Below are positions 54,766 to 63,942 of a DNA stretch of 64,000 nt, piece after piece. The DNA lies in the NCBI GenBank assembly GCA_041675505.1, contig JBAYTR010000010.1, forward strand, positions 67,895 to 131,894. The letters are read 5' to 3'. The position numbers and the translations under genes were made by a program. The DNA comes from Bacteroidia bacterium. Lineage in GTDB: Bacteria; Bacteroidota; Bacteroidia; UKL13-3. The notes under the pieces were generated by a model. The model saw nothing but the letters and a program-made list of their open reading frames with translations, made no database searches and was not told the origin of the DNA. Position 1 is the stretch's first letter; the number at the start of each line of letters is the position of its first letter.

Positions 54766-54811
54766 CTGCGCTTTAAAAAATGATTAACAATTAAATAGTT
54801 TTTACTACCAT

Positions 54812-56068
54812 ATGCCGTATTTATTTACATCCGAGTCCGTAAGTGAAGGACACCCAGACAAAGTAGCCGATCAGATATCGGATGCACTTATTGACCATTT
54901 TTTGGCTTTTGACCCAGATTCGAAAGTTGCCTGTGAAACACTGGTAACTACAGGACAGGTGGTTTTGGCCGGTGAAGTGAAATCAAAAGCTTACTTAGAC
55001 GTTCAAACCATTGCACGTGATGTAATCAAGAAAATTGGTTACACCAAAAGTGAATACATGTTTGAAGCCAATTCTTGCGGTGTGCTTTCAGCCATCCACG
55101 AACAAAGCGCTGATATCAACCAAGGTGTTGACCGTAAAAAGAAACAAGACCAAGGTGCAGGCGACCAGGGAATGATGTTTGGTTATGCTACCGCTGAAAC
55201 CGAAGACTATATGCCATTGGCACTTGACTTAGCGCACAAGGTATTGATTGAACTGGCTGCATTGCGCAGAGAGAACAAAGCCATCAAGTACCTTCGCCCC
55301 GATGCTAAATCACAGGTAACACTGGAATACAATGATAAGAATGAGCCGGTGCGCATTGACTCTATCGTGGTATCAACCCAACACGATGATTTTGACAGCG
55401 AAGCTAAAATGCTGGCTAAAATCAAAGAAGACATTGTAAAAATTCTTATCCCCCGCGTTAAAGCGAAATATAAGAAGTACGCCAAGTTGTTTAACAACGA
55501 TATCAAGTACCACATTAACCCAACCGGTAAATTCGTAATCGGTGGTCCGCATGGTGATACCGGCTTAACCGGCCGTAAGATTATTGTAGATACGTATGGT
55601 GGTAAAGGTGCACACGGTGGTGGTGCCTTCTCCGGAAAAGATCCTTCCAAAGTTGACCGTTCAGCAGCATATGCTACCCGTCACATTGCCAAAAATCTGG
55701 TAGCTGCCGGTGTGTGTACTGAAGTATTGGTTCAAGTTTCTTACGCCATTGGTGTAAAAGACCCTATGGGCATTTACGTGAATACCTACGGCACAGCAAA
55801 AGTTAAAATGACCGATGGTCAGATTGCCAAAGCAGTGGAGAAGGTATTTGACATGACCCCTTACGGTATTGAAAGCCGCCTTAAACTGCGTAACCCTATT
55901 TACAGCGAAACTGCTGCATACGGACACATGGGTCGCAAAAATGAGGTAGTAACCAAAACCTTTACCGGACCTGATGGTAAGAAGTTCACCAAAAAAGTGG
56001 AACTCTTTACCTGGGAGAAATTAGATTATGTAGAGAAGGTGAAAAAAGCCTTCGGAATCAAAAAATAA
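54812..56068 (+). CDS. metK: S-adenosylmethionine synthase
   Basis: 418 aa with [25 protein letters not shown] and [16 protein letters not shown] motifs. Confidence 0.95.
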   Translation: MPYLFTSESVSEGHPDKVADQISDALIDHFLAFDPDSKVACETLVTTGQVVLAGEVKSKAYLDVQTIARDVIKKIGYTKSEYMFEANSCGVLSAIHEQSADINQGVDRKKKQDQGAGDQGMMFGYATAETEDYMPLALDLAHKVLIELAALRRENKAIKYLRPDAKSQVTLEYNDKNEPVRIDSIVVSTQHDDFDSEAKMLAKIKEDIVKILIPRVKAKYKKYAKLFNNDIKYHINPTGKFVIGGPHGDTGLTGRKIIVDTYGGKGAHGGGAFSGKDPSKVDRSAAYATRHIAKNLVAAGVCTEVLVQVSYAIGVKDPMGIYVNTYGTAKVKMTDGQIAKAVEKVFDMTPYGIESRLKLRNPIYSETAAYGHMGRKNEVVTKTFTGPDGKKFTKKVELFTWEKLDYVEKVKKAFGIKK

Positions 56069-56078
56069 AAGTGACTTA

Positions 56079-56114
56079 AAATAACGCTCCGAATTTTCGG
56101 AGCGTTATTTGTTT
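56079..56114 (+). terminator. Rho-independent terminator
   Basis: 15-nt arms AAATAACGCTCCGAA/TTCGGAGCGTTATTT (56079-56093 / 56096-56110), followed by GTTT. Confidence 0.75.
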
Positions 56115-56144
56115 AGTGACCATTTATAACATAATACATACCAC

Positions 56145-56522
56145 ATGAAAAAGTCTCTACTCCTAGTTTTGGCTCTTGCCTTGTTTTCTTTTTCTGCCTG
56201 CGATGAAGATGGTACAACCCCGGTAGACACCTCTGCTGAATATTTGGGAAAGCTGGAAGTAAAAGTTTTTGATAACAGCATTAACGTGGTAAGCAACACA
56301 CCGGTTTACCTGTACCGCAACCTGGATGATTTATACAACAACTTTTATTTAGAGGTAGATTACACAGCAGGTTCAGGTATTGCTGAGTTTGGTGAAACCA
56401 TTGAAGGGTTTTATTACCTGCGTACCGGCAGGTACATCTTTAACGAATGGTATGCTGATACCGGTGCCGTGCAAATTATTGGCGGGCAACTCACCAAGCG
56501 AGAAATGTATTTGCATAAGTAA
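56145..56522 (+). CDS. Hypothetical lipoprotein
   Basis: 125 aa with MKKSLLLVLALALFSFSAC lipobox. Confidence 0.5.
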   Translation: MKKSLLLVLALALFSFSACDEDGTTPVDTSAEYLGKLEVKVFDNSINVVSNTPVYLYRNLDDLYNNFYLEVDYTAGSGIAEFGETIEGFYYLRTGRYIFNEWYADTGAVQIIGGQLTKREMYLHK

Positions 56523-56661
56523 GCGGGGGATTGTGCTACTAAGGTTTGGCTATAATCAAGTGGCTGCTTTTGAAAACGTCTCTGTCCACAATGACCAAAC
56601 GTAATAGCATTATATTTACTCATCACCCGCCATTGGTTATAGCTTTTGTTCGCAGCGGGCT

Positions 56662-57123
56662 TTAGTCTGTAAAATGTCCATCATGTCCACTTGCTCTAAC
56701 TAAAGTATGTCCGTTTTTGAAAACGAGTTGGAGTCCGTGTTCTATCTCCCAGTCACACCCGCACGATACACATAAATAGAGGTCCCCATTTTCGTCCCAT
56801 TGAATTATTATCTCATTGGCGATAAGGTGGTTCCAAATCTCCGATGATGTCTTGATGTTTAGGGCTTTTGTGTAGCCAGACTTCAAAGTCTCGTTATAAT
56901 ATTTATAAACCAGTCCTGAGTCATTTATTCTGTCCTTAGAGTTCAACTTTAGAAAATTTTCTAAAACTTTGTCAGCGGATTCTAAATACGTTTGATGCCT
57001 TGCCTCTACAAATCCAATCGCTAATTTTTTGTTGTCAAAGTATGGAATTTCAAATGGTTCGCTCTCAAAATACTCTCCGTCTATTTCGTTTGCTTTTAAT
57101 TGTCCAACGATTTTTGATTCCAT
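56662..57123 (-). CDS. Hypothetical 153-aa cytoplasmic protein, possibly immunity-protein-like
   Basis: No signal peptide. The C-terminal CGCDWEIEHGLQLVFKNGHTLV resembles a C.W..EHG..i.f.ng signature I associate with DUF6985 / immunity-like families, from memory only. The stretch is AT-rich. Confidence 0.35.
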   Translation of the reverse strand: MESKIVGQLKANEIDGEYFESEPFEIPYFDNKKLAIGFVEARHQTYLESADKVLENFLKLNSKDRINDSGLVYKYYNETLKSGYTKALNIKTSSEIWNHLIANEIIIQWDENGDLYLCVSCGCDWEIEHGLQLVFKNGHTLVRASGHDGHFTD

Positions 57124-57165
57124 AGTCGTCTCTGTTTTTTGAAAGCTTGCTAACTCTAAAACAAC

Positions 57166-58002
57166 CTAAACTGCTCTCTTGCTCTTTTCTACGCGGTTGG
57201 CAATAACAATACTGAATTCATACAAACCATACAGCGGTATGGTCATCAAAATCTGACTGGTTACATCCGGTGGTGTAACAATAGCGGCTATTATTAATAT
57301 GATGAGGAAAGCGTGCCTGCGGTATTTTTTCATAAAGGCAGCACTCATTACCCCCAGTTTAGCTAAAAAGAAAACCACTATGGGCAATTCGAAAACAATA
57401 CCCGTTGCCAGTGTGAGGGTGGCCACAAAGTCAATGTACGACTCCAGGTTAATCTCGTTGATTACCTCTTCACTTACCCGGTAGCTACCCAAAAAACTTA
57501 ATGATACGGGAGTTAAGAAATAGTACCCGAATAAAATACCAATGAAGAAGAGGATGGAAGAATAAAAAACAATTCCCCTCACCTTGTTGCGCTCAGATTT
57601 TTTCAAAGCCGGGCGAATGAACTTCCACACCTCGAGCAGAATAAACGGAAAGGCTAAAATTACACCGGCTATAAACGCCACAAACATGTGCTGGGTAAAT
57701 TGCCCCGACATGGTGATGTTGCTCACCACAAATCCGATATCCGACAGGCACATGGTGTCATCGTGGTAAATTTTGTGCGACAACTCACACAGCATGCGGT
57801 AGGTCCAGAAATCAGTACGTTTTGGGCCGAAGATGAGGGTATCAAAAATGAAACTCTTTTGAACAAATGCGGCAATGGTACCCACCAGAATAGCTACCAC
57901 CGCCCGGAACAAGTGCTTGCGCAGGTCGTCCACATGGTCAAAGAAACTCATTTCTTTGGCATCCTGGTCGTGTAGTAGTTCGTCTTCCTGGTCGAGTGGC
58001 AT
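57166..58002 (-). CDS. tatC: Twin-arginine translocase subunit TatC
   Basis: 278 aa with MSFFDHVDDLRKHLF and six TM helices in the typical TatC layout. Confidence 0.85.
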   Translation of the reverse strand: MPLDQEDELLHDQDAKEMSFFDHVDDLRKHLFRAVVAILVGTIAAFVQKSFIFDTLIFGPKRTDFWTYRMLCELSHKIYHDDTMCLSDIGFVVSNITMSGQFTQHMFVAFIAGVILAFPFILLEVWKFIRPALKKSERNKVRGIVFYSSILFFIGILFGYYFLTPVSLSFLGSYRVSEEVINEINLESYIDFVATLTLATGIVFELPIVVFFLAKLGVMSAAFMKKYRRHAFLIILIIAAIVTPPDVTSQILMTIPLYGLYEFSIVIANRVEKSKRAV

Positions 58003-58070
58003 AAGGGCGCAAATATAATCAACTACCGTTTACTATTTGCTGTATCAACCCTTTCAAAAATGTTTCCGCT

Positions 58071-58832
58071 TTAATTACGTTTTTTATTCGCTCTGAAGTT
58101 GTAGTTTACCTGAAGCAAAAGGCTGTTTAACTTAGGAGAACTCCAGCCGTCTGATGAATATGTGTTTATGCGGTGGTTATAGTTGATTTTTGGGGTGTAA
58201 CCTTTAGCCACCTGATAATACAACCCAACATTGAATAAATGATTGGACACATCTTTCGATAGTCCAAGTACTAAGCAGTTATAACCACCGGATAAAGGAG
58301 AGGAGCTTCCATAATTTAATAATAGTGACCCGGGATTCTGACTTCTAAAATACACCGAAGAAGATTGATTTATACCGAGAATGTGTTTATAACCGTACCC
58401 AACATACAACCCGATGCTATCAAGTTTGCGGAGACAATAACTGATACCCGCCTCAGGAAGTACAATTATAAAAGTAGTTTTCTCAACGAATTTGCCACTG
58501 GTATTGCCATTGTCGGTGTTAAAATACTCTTTTAAAGTATAGCTTTCTTTTTGCGCTGCTAACGATAGATTTAATAAAAACTTATCGCTCAACTTAATTT
58601 TACAGGCATACCCGAATTTCCACCCTACAGCCATTGTATTGTAATCATAAAGATCGCTTCTGTAATGAGCAAAATCTTCTTCAACATTCCCAAATTGATT
58701 TGTAAAATTTACAACAGGTGCGATAAAGACAGAGGATGCTATTTTTCTCTGTGAGTAGGCGTTTTCAGTATAAAAGAAAGTACTAAAGAATAAAGTTAGT
58801 ATAACAAATCTCATTATAGGTTGTATTAGCAC
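58071..58832 (-). CDS. Hypothetical outer-membrane beta-barrel protein
   Basis: 253 aa with a signal-like N-terminus (the start may be MRFVILTLFF at 58814) and Y/G-rich alternating strands. AT-rich. Confidence 0.45.
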   Translation of the reverse strand: MLIQPIMRFVILTLFFSTFFYTENAYSQRKIASSVFIAPVVNFTNQFGNVEEDFAHYRSDLYDYNTMAVGWKFGYACKIKLSDKFLLNLSLAAQKESYTLKEYFNTDNGNTSGKFVEKTTFIIVLPEAGISYCLRKLDSIGLYVGYGYKHILGINQSSSVYFRSQNPGSLLLNYGSSSPLSGGYNCLVLGLSKDVSNHLFNVGLYYQVAKGYTPKINYNHRINTYSSDGWSSPKLNSLLLQVNYNFRANKKRN

Positions 58833-58948
58833 AAGGTACTGTACGGTTTAAAAATGTACCCCGATTTAGAAATAATTTTGAGTGATAACGGAGCAAACAT
58901 AATTTTTAGTTTCGCAGACCCTGATATTCCTTGGTTAGAACCAAATAC

Positions 58949-60301
58949 TTATTTTGATAGCTTAATATTTTCATCACCCGGCTGATAGGGTAAATACGTC
59001 ACAATCAACTGAAACATTTCATCGGTGGTGCGCATACTGCCTTCGCGGTCGCGCACTATGCGGGGCGGGCTGAACGGGTTGTTCGGGTTATCTTTTGTGT
59101 TATCAAATACTCCTTCTGCCACCAGTGTGCTGCCTGCCGGTATCTTAAGCATTTTGGGAAAAGTGTAAAAATACTGCCAGCGGAAATCCCATTTTTTTAA
59201 CCGCACCAGCCGGATGGTATCGCCTTGCGGGGTTAAGGCGTATGCCAGAAATGATTTGCCCAACAAATGCATGTGCGGGTTAACGGTAAGCACAGAAATG
59301 TCCTGCGGAACGGTATAGCGGGTCACATACGTTTTTATCACATCAGGCGGAATAACCAGTGGCGGTTCAATAGGAGATACCCCCAGCGTACCCATCTGAA
59401 ATTCCTGTAGCGGTCTTTGAGGCGGGCCTGGTGCAAAGAATACATTGAAGTACGATTGGTCGGAGTCGTGAATAGCCGAGGGGCCGTAATGCACATCGTT
59501 GAGGTACAGCGCACCTTTTTTGCTGATGCGCCAACCGCCAATACCATCAGGATATTGAGCGGGCTCTACACCGGGTAAATAATTGCTTACCGAAGGACTC
59601 ATAAGCGGATAGGTGCCGTCATCATTCAGTAAATCCAACATGCGGTGAATAACACGACTATCGTACGCTTCTGTGTTCACAGCCATTTCACCGGCATGTA
59701 TGTTTTGTTTTCCGTTGTCCGTGTAAGTGATGAGGTGACCGTTCATGTGATGCAGCAAACGTTTGTTACCGGGCACAAATTCAAACATTCGCACAAACGT
59801 ATCAAAGGGCAGCTCAAACGGCAGTTTCATTACCCTGAAATGGTCAGTATTGTTTCCTTCAATCTGAAATGTTTTTGGCATTTTAATCACCATATCCGGT
59901 TTTCCGAAAGAGGATCCTGAAGGATAAACAGGTGGTGGAGGGACCTTTGGCAAGTCACCCGGTTTTGCTCCGTTCTCCGCCCACTGCGCCAAAAGTTCAA
60001 TCTCTTCATTGCTCAATACTTTTTCGCCCACAAAATGAACGTACTCCGGGTCGGCCGGCCAGGGCGGCATAAAGCGCGTGGTGGTAACCTGCCGAATTAG
60101 TTTAGCCCGTTTCGATACGTCTTCAAATGTCATTAAAGGAAACGGTCCGGCCTCACCACTGCGGTGACAAGGTGTGCAGTTTTCATACACAATGGGCGCA
60201 ATGTGCTCGGCAAAGTTTACCTCTTCGGGCAACGGTTTTTTCTTACCGCAGGCAAAAAGAAAGAGTGATGCAAGAAGGGTGAATGCAAAAGAAAAGCGCA
60301 T
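58949..60301 (-). CDS. Lipoprotein fusing a c-type cytochrome domain to a PHM/DBH-like copper monooxygenase fold
   Basis: Likely start MRFSFAFTLLASLFLFAC at 60301. CTPCH heme-binding motif, then LLHHMNGH, NPHMHLLGKS and TDEMFQL, which resemble the HH..H / HxH..M copper ligand sets of the PHM family. Confidence 0.55.
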   Translation of the reverse strand: MRFSFAFTLLASLFLFACGKKKPLPEEVNFAEHIAPIVYENCTPCHRSGEAGPFPLMTFEDVSKRAKLIRQVTTTRFMPPWPADPEYVHFVGEKVLSNEEIELLAQWAENGAKPGDLPKVPPPPVYPSGSSFGKPDMVIKMPKTFQIEGNNTDHFRVMKLPFELPFDTFVRMFEFVPGNKRLLHHMNGHLITYTDNGKQNIHAGEMAVNTEAYDSRVIHRMLDLLNDDGTYPLMSPSVSNYLPGVEPAQYPDGIGGWRISKKGALYLNDVHYGPSAIHDSDQSYFNVFFAPGPPQRPLQEFQMGTLGVSPIEPPLVIPPDVIKTYVTRYTVPQDISVLTVNPHMHLLGKSFLAYALTPQGDTIRLVRLKKWDFRWQYFYTFPKMLKIPAGSTLVAEGVFDNTKDNPNNPFSPPRIVRDREGSMRTTDEMFQLIVTYLPYQPGDENIKLSK

Positions 60302-60362
60302 GGGCAAATATAGTGTTCTGTACTCTTTGTGAAAACCTTCAACCACAGCTTGGGTGAATACA

Positions 60363-60980
60363 CTACTCAATAAAACACCCGATAGCCTTGGTCTTTTTCA
60401 CTTTGATAGCTTTTCCGTTGCTGATGGCGGTGAGCACATCGAGTAATTCACGCTGGGTGATTACCCGCCTTTTTTTGCCCAGTTCATAGGCCCAGTTATC
60501 AATGCGTCCCCGATAAACGGTTGCTCCTTTTTCATTCACCACCACTACCTCAGGGGTAATGCTGGCTCCGGTGTATCGGGTTACTTTTTGTTCACTGTCG
60601 CGCAACAGGGGCATGGTAATTTTATACTGTTTAGCAAAAGCATTTACGTCTGTATCAGAAAAAGATTTATCGGGCACCAGGCCATAAAAATGAATGTTGT
60701 TGTTGGCAAACTTTTGCTGCAATTCATTCAGGGTAAGGGAATAACTCTGGCACAGCGGGCACTCAGGCGAAAGAAAAACCAAAACAGATGCCTTGTTCTT
60801 TTTGAGTTGCGAAAAAGCGAAATCCTTGTTAAAAGAATCTTTAAGTGTAAACGAAAAAATATCAGCAGTAACAAAAGCAAAACAGAACACAACGGTGGTA
60901 AGCAATGCTCCACACCGCAGTAGTTTTTTCTGTCGGCTGAAAAAACTATTCTCCTTTAAAAGCAGGTTTACGTTTTTCAT
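60363..60980 (-). CDS. Thioredoxin-fold redoxin (TlpA/AhpC-TSA-like), membrane-anchored
   Basis: 205 aa with an N-terminal hydrophobic anchor and active site SPECPLCQ. The start is uncertain because it overlaps the upstream gene by 35 nt. Confidence 0.65.
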   Translation of the reverse strand: MKNVNLLLKENSFFSRQKKLLRCGALLTTVVFCFAFVTADIFSFTLKDSFNKDFAFSQLKKNKASVLVFLSPECPLCQSYSLTLNELQQKFANNNIHFYGLVPDKSFSDTDVNAFAKQYKITMPLLRDSEQKVTRYTGASITPEVVVVNEKGATVYRGRIDNWAYELGKKRRVITQRELLDVLTAISNGKAIKVKKTKAIGCFIE

Positions 60981-61728
60981 TGAATGAGGCTACTCCTTCT
61001 TTGTAGTCGGTTGTGTTGCCTGCAATACCCTGGCAGTACATTTCGTATTCAAGCATGGTATCCAAATCGCTTTGGAAAGATTTGTTGAGCATTTTTTTCA
61101 TCAATGCAATGGCTTTGGTGGGAGCATTGGCGTAGTACTCGGTTACTTTCGCTACTTCTGCGTCCAGGTCTTCAGCTTTTACCACACGGTTCAACATACC
61201 CCATTCCAGGGCTTGCTGCGCGCTTACCTTGTTGCCCATGGTAGACATTTCAAATGCACGAGCCGAACCCACCAAACGCGGCAGGAAATAGGAAGAACCC
61301 GAATCAAGCACCAGCCCTACGTTAATGAATACTTCAATGAGTGAAGCATTTTCAGCAGCCACAATAAAATCAGAGGCCAGTGCCAATGAACAGCCGGCCC
61401 CGGCAGCTACTCCGTTTAAACGGCAAATGATGGGCTTGGGCATGTTGCGCATGGCGCGGATGATGGGGTTGTATCTTTTCAGTAACGAATCGGCCAGGGA
61501 ACGTTTTTCAGCACCGGCAATGGCTTTCAAATCCTGACCCGAGCAAAAGGCTTTGCCGGCTCCGGTGAGTACTACCACCCGCACATCTTTATCGCGCTCT
61601 GCTTTCTTTAAAGCATCCTGCAAATCATAACTCTGCTGGTCGTTGAAGGCATTGAATGAATCGGGGCGATTCAGGGTAATGGTGCAAACGCGGTTAGTAA
61701 CGTCAAATAATAAGGTTTCGTAACTCAT
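60946..61728 (-). CDS. Enoyl-CoA hydratase/isomerase-family protein (PaaG-like)
   Basis: 260 aa with ITLNRPDSFNAF, VVLTGAGKAFCSGQDL and NGVAAGAG crotonase motifs. Confidence 0.85.
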   Translation of the reverse strand: MSYETLLFDVTNRVCTITLNRPDSFNAFNDQQSYDLQDALKKAERDKDVRVVVLTGAGKAFCSGQDLKAIAGAEKRSLADSLLKRYNPIIRAMRNMPKPIICRLNGVAAGAGCSLALASDFIVAAENASLIEVFINVGLVLDSGSSYFLPRLVGSARAFEMSTMGNKVSAQQALEWGMLNRVVKAEDLDAEVAKVTEYYANAPTKAIALMKKMLNKSFQSDLDTMLEYEMYCQGIAGNTTDYKEGVASFNEKRKPAFKGE

Positions 61729-61819
61729 GGAATTAATTTTTACGGCTCAAAAATACAAAAAGGAAAGAGGTTCCTGCACAAATTATCTGTCTCTCATTTT
61801 TGTTCGTGTTGACTGTGCC

Positions 61820-61843
61820 ATGTTTCGTGTCATCACGAAACAT
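61820..61843 (+). terminator. Orphan hairpin ATGTTTCGTG-TCAT-CACGAAACAT followed by TTTCT
   Basis: Perfect 10-bp stem. It has terminator form on the + strand, but no + strand gene lies upstream. Confidence 0.3.
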
Positions 61844-61957
61844 TTTCTATGATTTGTGTGTGCAGTCTTGCGTTGCGGGCCGAGGGGCTATCACCCCTCG
61901 CATTAATTAGTGCGCCCTTTCAGGGCTGGTGGATGCAAAAGAGTGTTCACACTAAAA

Positions 61958-63220
61958 CTAGTGCGTGCGTTTCATGCGCACTTCGTTAATGCGGGTATGG
62001 TATACGGAGATGATGGTGAACTCGTATTTACCAATCTGAATTTTTTCGTCTTTGAGCGGCAGGCTTTCGTGGTGTTCAATAATAAATCCGCCCAGGGTAC
62101 TGTATTCGCCTTCGGGGATATTCAAATCGTATTCGCGGTTGATGTAATCAATTTCTAAACGGGCAGAAAAAACAAATTCAGTATCGCTTATTTTTTGCTC
62201 GGTAAGTTGCTCCACATCGTACTCGTCTTCTATCTCACCAAAAATCTCTTCCATAATGTCTTCGTTGGTCACAATGCCGGCTGTTCCGCCAAACTCATCT
62301 ACTACCAGTGCCAGACTTTTTTTGTTGTTGGAGAATAATTTGAGCAATTCATTTGCCTGCATGGTTTCAGTTGCTATGATGGGCGAAATCATGATGGACC
62401 TAATGTTTTTGGGCTTTTTAAATACCTCTACCTGGTGCACATATCCGATAATGTTGTCGATAGAATCATGGTAAATAAGAATTTTGGAGTGACCTGACTC
62501 CAGAAATTTCGCATACAAATTTTCAATGGTATCGGTTACCTCAATGGCCACCAATTCAGTACGTGGAACCATGCACTCGCGAACTTTTACGTTGGCAAAA
62601 TCGAGCGCATTTTTAAACATTTCTGTATCAATGTCAGCGTCTTCATCCAAATCAAGTTTTGCACTTTCATTGATGTAGTTGTCCAAATCTATTTTACTGA
62701 AAACGGGTGTGCTTTCTGAAAACTCCAGCCGGAATATTTTAACGAAAATAAACTTGGAGAGGTAAACGATAAAATGCACAATGGGCCACAACAGATAATA
62801 AAAAATCATGAAGGGCAGGGTAAGCATAAACAACACCACATCAGGATTGATGCGGAACAGCGCTTTAGGAATAAACTCAGCAAACAGGAGCACGATAGCC
62901 GTTGAAACTATTGTGGTGCAAAAGAGCACCAAAAATTCATTGTCCTGTTCATACGGCAAATATTCGCGCATAACGGGCGATACGGCACCGTCCATGTACA
63001 AACTGTAAATTACCAGTGCAATGTTATTGCCTATAAGCGTAGTGCTGATAAACTTGGAAGGTTCTTTTACAAACTGGGAGAGTATTTTAGCGGTGTAACT
63101 TCCCTGCTTACTTTTAAGTTCAATGCGCAACTTGCTGGCCGTAATAAATGCAATCTCAATCCCGGAGAAAAATGCCGATAAGAGCATGGCCACAAGAATG
63201 ATATATAAGGAGTGGTCCAT
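61958..63220 (-). CDS. CNNM/HlyC-CorC-family membrane protein (DUF21 + CBS pair + CorC_HlyC; GldE-like)
   Basis: 420 aa with four N-terminal TM helices, a CBS region and a C-terminal transporter-associated domain. Confidence 0.8.
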   Translation of the reverse strand: MDHSLYIILVAMLLSAFFSGIEIAFITASKLRIELKSKQGSYTAKILSQFVKEPSKFISTTLIGNNIALVIYSLYMDGAVSPVMREYLPYEQDNEFLVLFCTTIVSTAIVLLFAEFIPKALFRINPDVVLFMLTLPFMIFYYLLWPIVHFIVYLSKFIFVKIFRLEFSESTPVFSKIDLDNYINESAKLDLDEDADIDTEMFKNALDFANVKVRECMVPRTELVAIEVTDTIENLYAKFLESGHSKILIYHDSIDNIIGYVHQVEVFKKPKNIRSIMISPIIATETMQANELLKLFSNNKKSLALVVDEFGGTAGIVTNEDIMEEIFGEIEDEYDVEQLTEQKISDTEFVFSARLEIDYINREYDLNIPEGEYSTLGGFIIEHHESLPLKDEKIQIGKYEFTIISVYHTRINEVRMKRTH

Positions 63221-63221
63221 G

Positions 63222-63371
63222 TTAGCTGATTAAGTTTTTTTTGTATTTCCAAAGCAACACACACACGGCACTCAGCACAAAAAAGGTATATGCCTTTCCG
63301 TAAATAAATCCATCAGTAAGTGTAACCACAATACCGGTGAGTAAAGCAGCAATTGCCAGCATGAGCCACAT
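63222..63371 (-). CDS. Unannotated 49-aa two-helix membrane protein
   Basis: Hand translation gives MWLMLAIAALLTGIVVTLTDGFIYGKAYTFFVLSAVCVLLWKYKKNLIS*. Its ATG lies 1 nt after the lptC-like stop and its stop lies 1 nt before the CNNM ATG. Confidence 0.45.
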   Translation of the reverse strand: MWLMLAIAALLTGIVVTLTDGFIYGKAYTFFVLSAVCVLLWKYKKNLIS

Positions 63372-63372
63372 T

Positions 63373-63942
63373 TTATTTACCCACTGCCCCATTGCCGTCC
63401 TCCATTCTGATTGTTCCGCTCAACTTGAATATTTTGTACTTCGAAAAATCTTCGTTTGATTCAAAGCCGTACCCGTATAATATTTCATCTGCTGTATGTA
63501 TGGTTACGTACTTATCTGAATGAATTTTCTTTCGCTGTTCGTCCCAAATTATTTCTTCGGTGTTTAATCGTTCACCTTTGGTGTTCACCAACACCACACT
63601 GTCACGAGCAATCATCTTTTTTTCATGCTCATACCTGATGGCATATTTGGCTTTGAGAAAATTTTCCACCACCTGATCTTTGTTGTAAAAGTAGCAGGTA
63701 ATCCCTTTAGTCATTTCAGTATACGGTTTTTCATCCTGGTAACGCTCAATGAGTGGTGCGAACATTTTTGCTTTAATAATGCCGGAGTCGGTATAAAGCA
63801 TTTCTACGTTAACACCTTTTTCTACAGGAAACTTAGTGGGTTCAGCGAGCAGCTTCACTTTTTCAATATCGTTTTTACACCCTGCGTGTACTAAAGTGCC
63901 TACCAAAAGTGCCAACAAAAAAGAAGGATAAAACCTACCCAT
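63373..63942 (-). CDS. LptC-like LPS export periplasmic protein
   Basis: Likely start MGRFYPSFLLALLVGTLVHAGC at 63942; the ORF-track GTG start at 63999 sits next to the window edge. OstA/LptC-like beta-jellyroll pattern. Confidence 0.55.
   Translation of the reverse strand: MGRFYPSFLLALLVGTLVHAGCKNDIEKVKLLAEPTKFPVEKGVNVEMLYTDSGIIKAKMFAPLIERYQDEKPYTEMTKGITCYFYNKDQVVENFLKAKYAIRYEHEKKMIARDSVVLVNTKGERLNTEEIIWDEQRKKIHSDKYVTIHTADEILYGYGFESNEDFSKYKIFKLSGTIRMEDGNGAVGK

Noticed and set aside
54728-54811. Possible SAM riboswitch in the metK leader
   Set aside because: The spacer is only 84 nt and contains a -7 box. I could see no multi-stem structure or conserved SAM-riboswitch core.
60946-60980. 35-nt overlap between the redoxin ORF start and the enoyl-CoA hydratase 3' end, considered as a frameshift or fusion
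   Set aside because: Both proteins look complete in their own frames. The overlap is more simply explained by an uncertain (possibly later or non-ATG) redoxin start.
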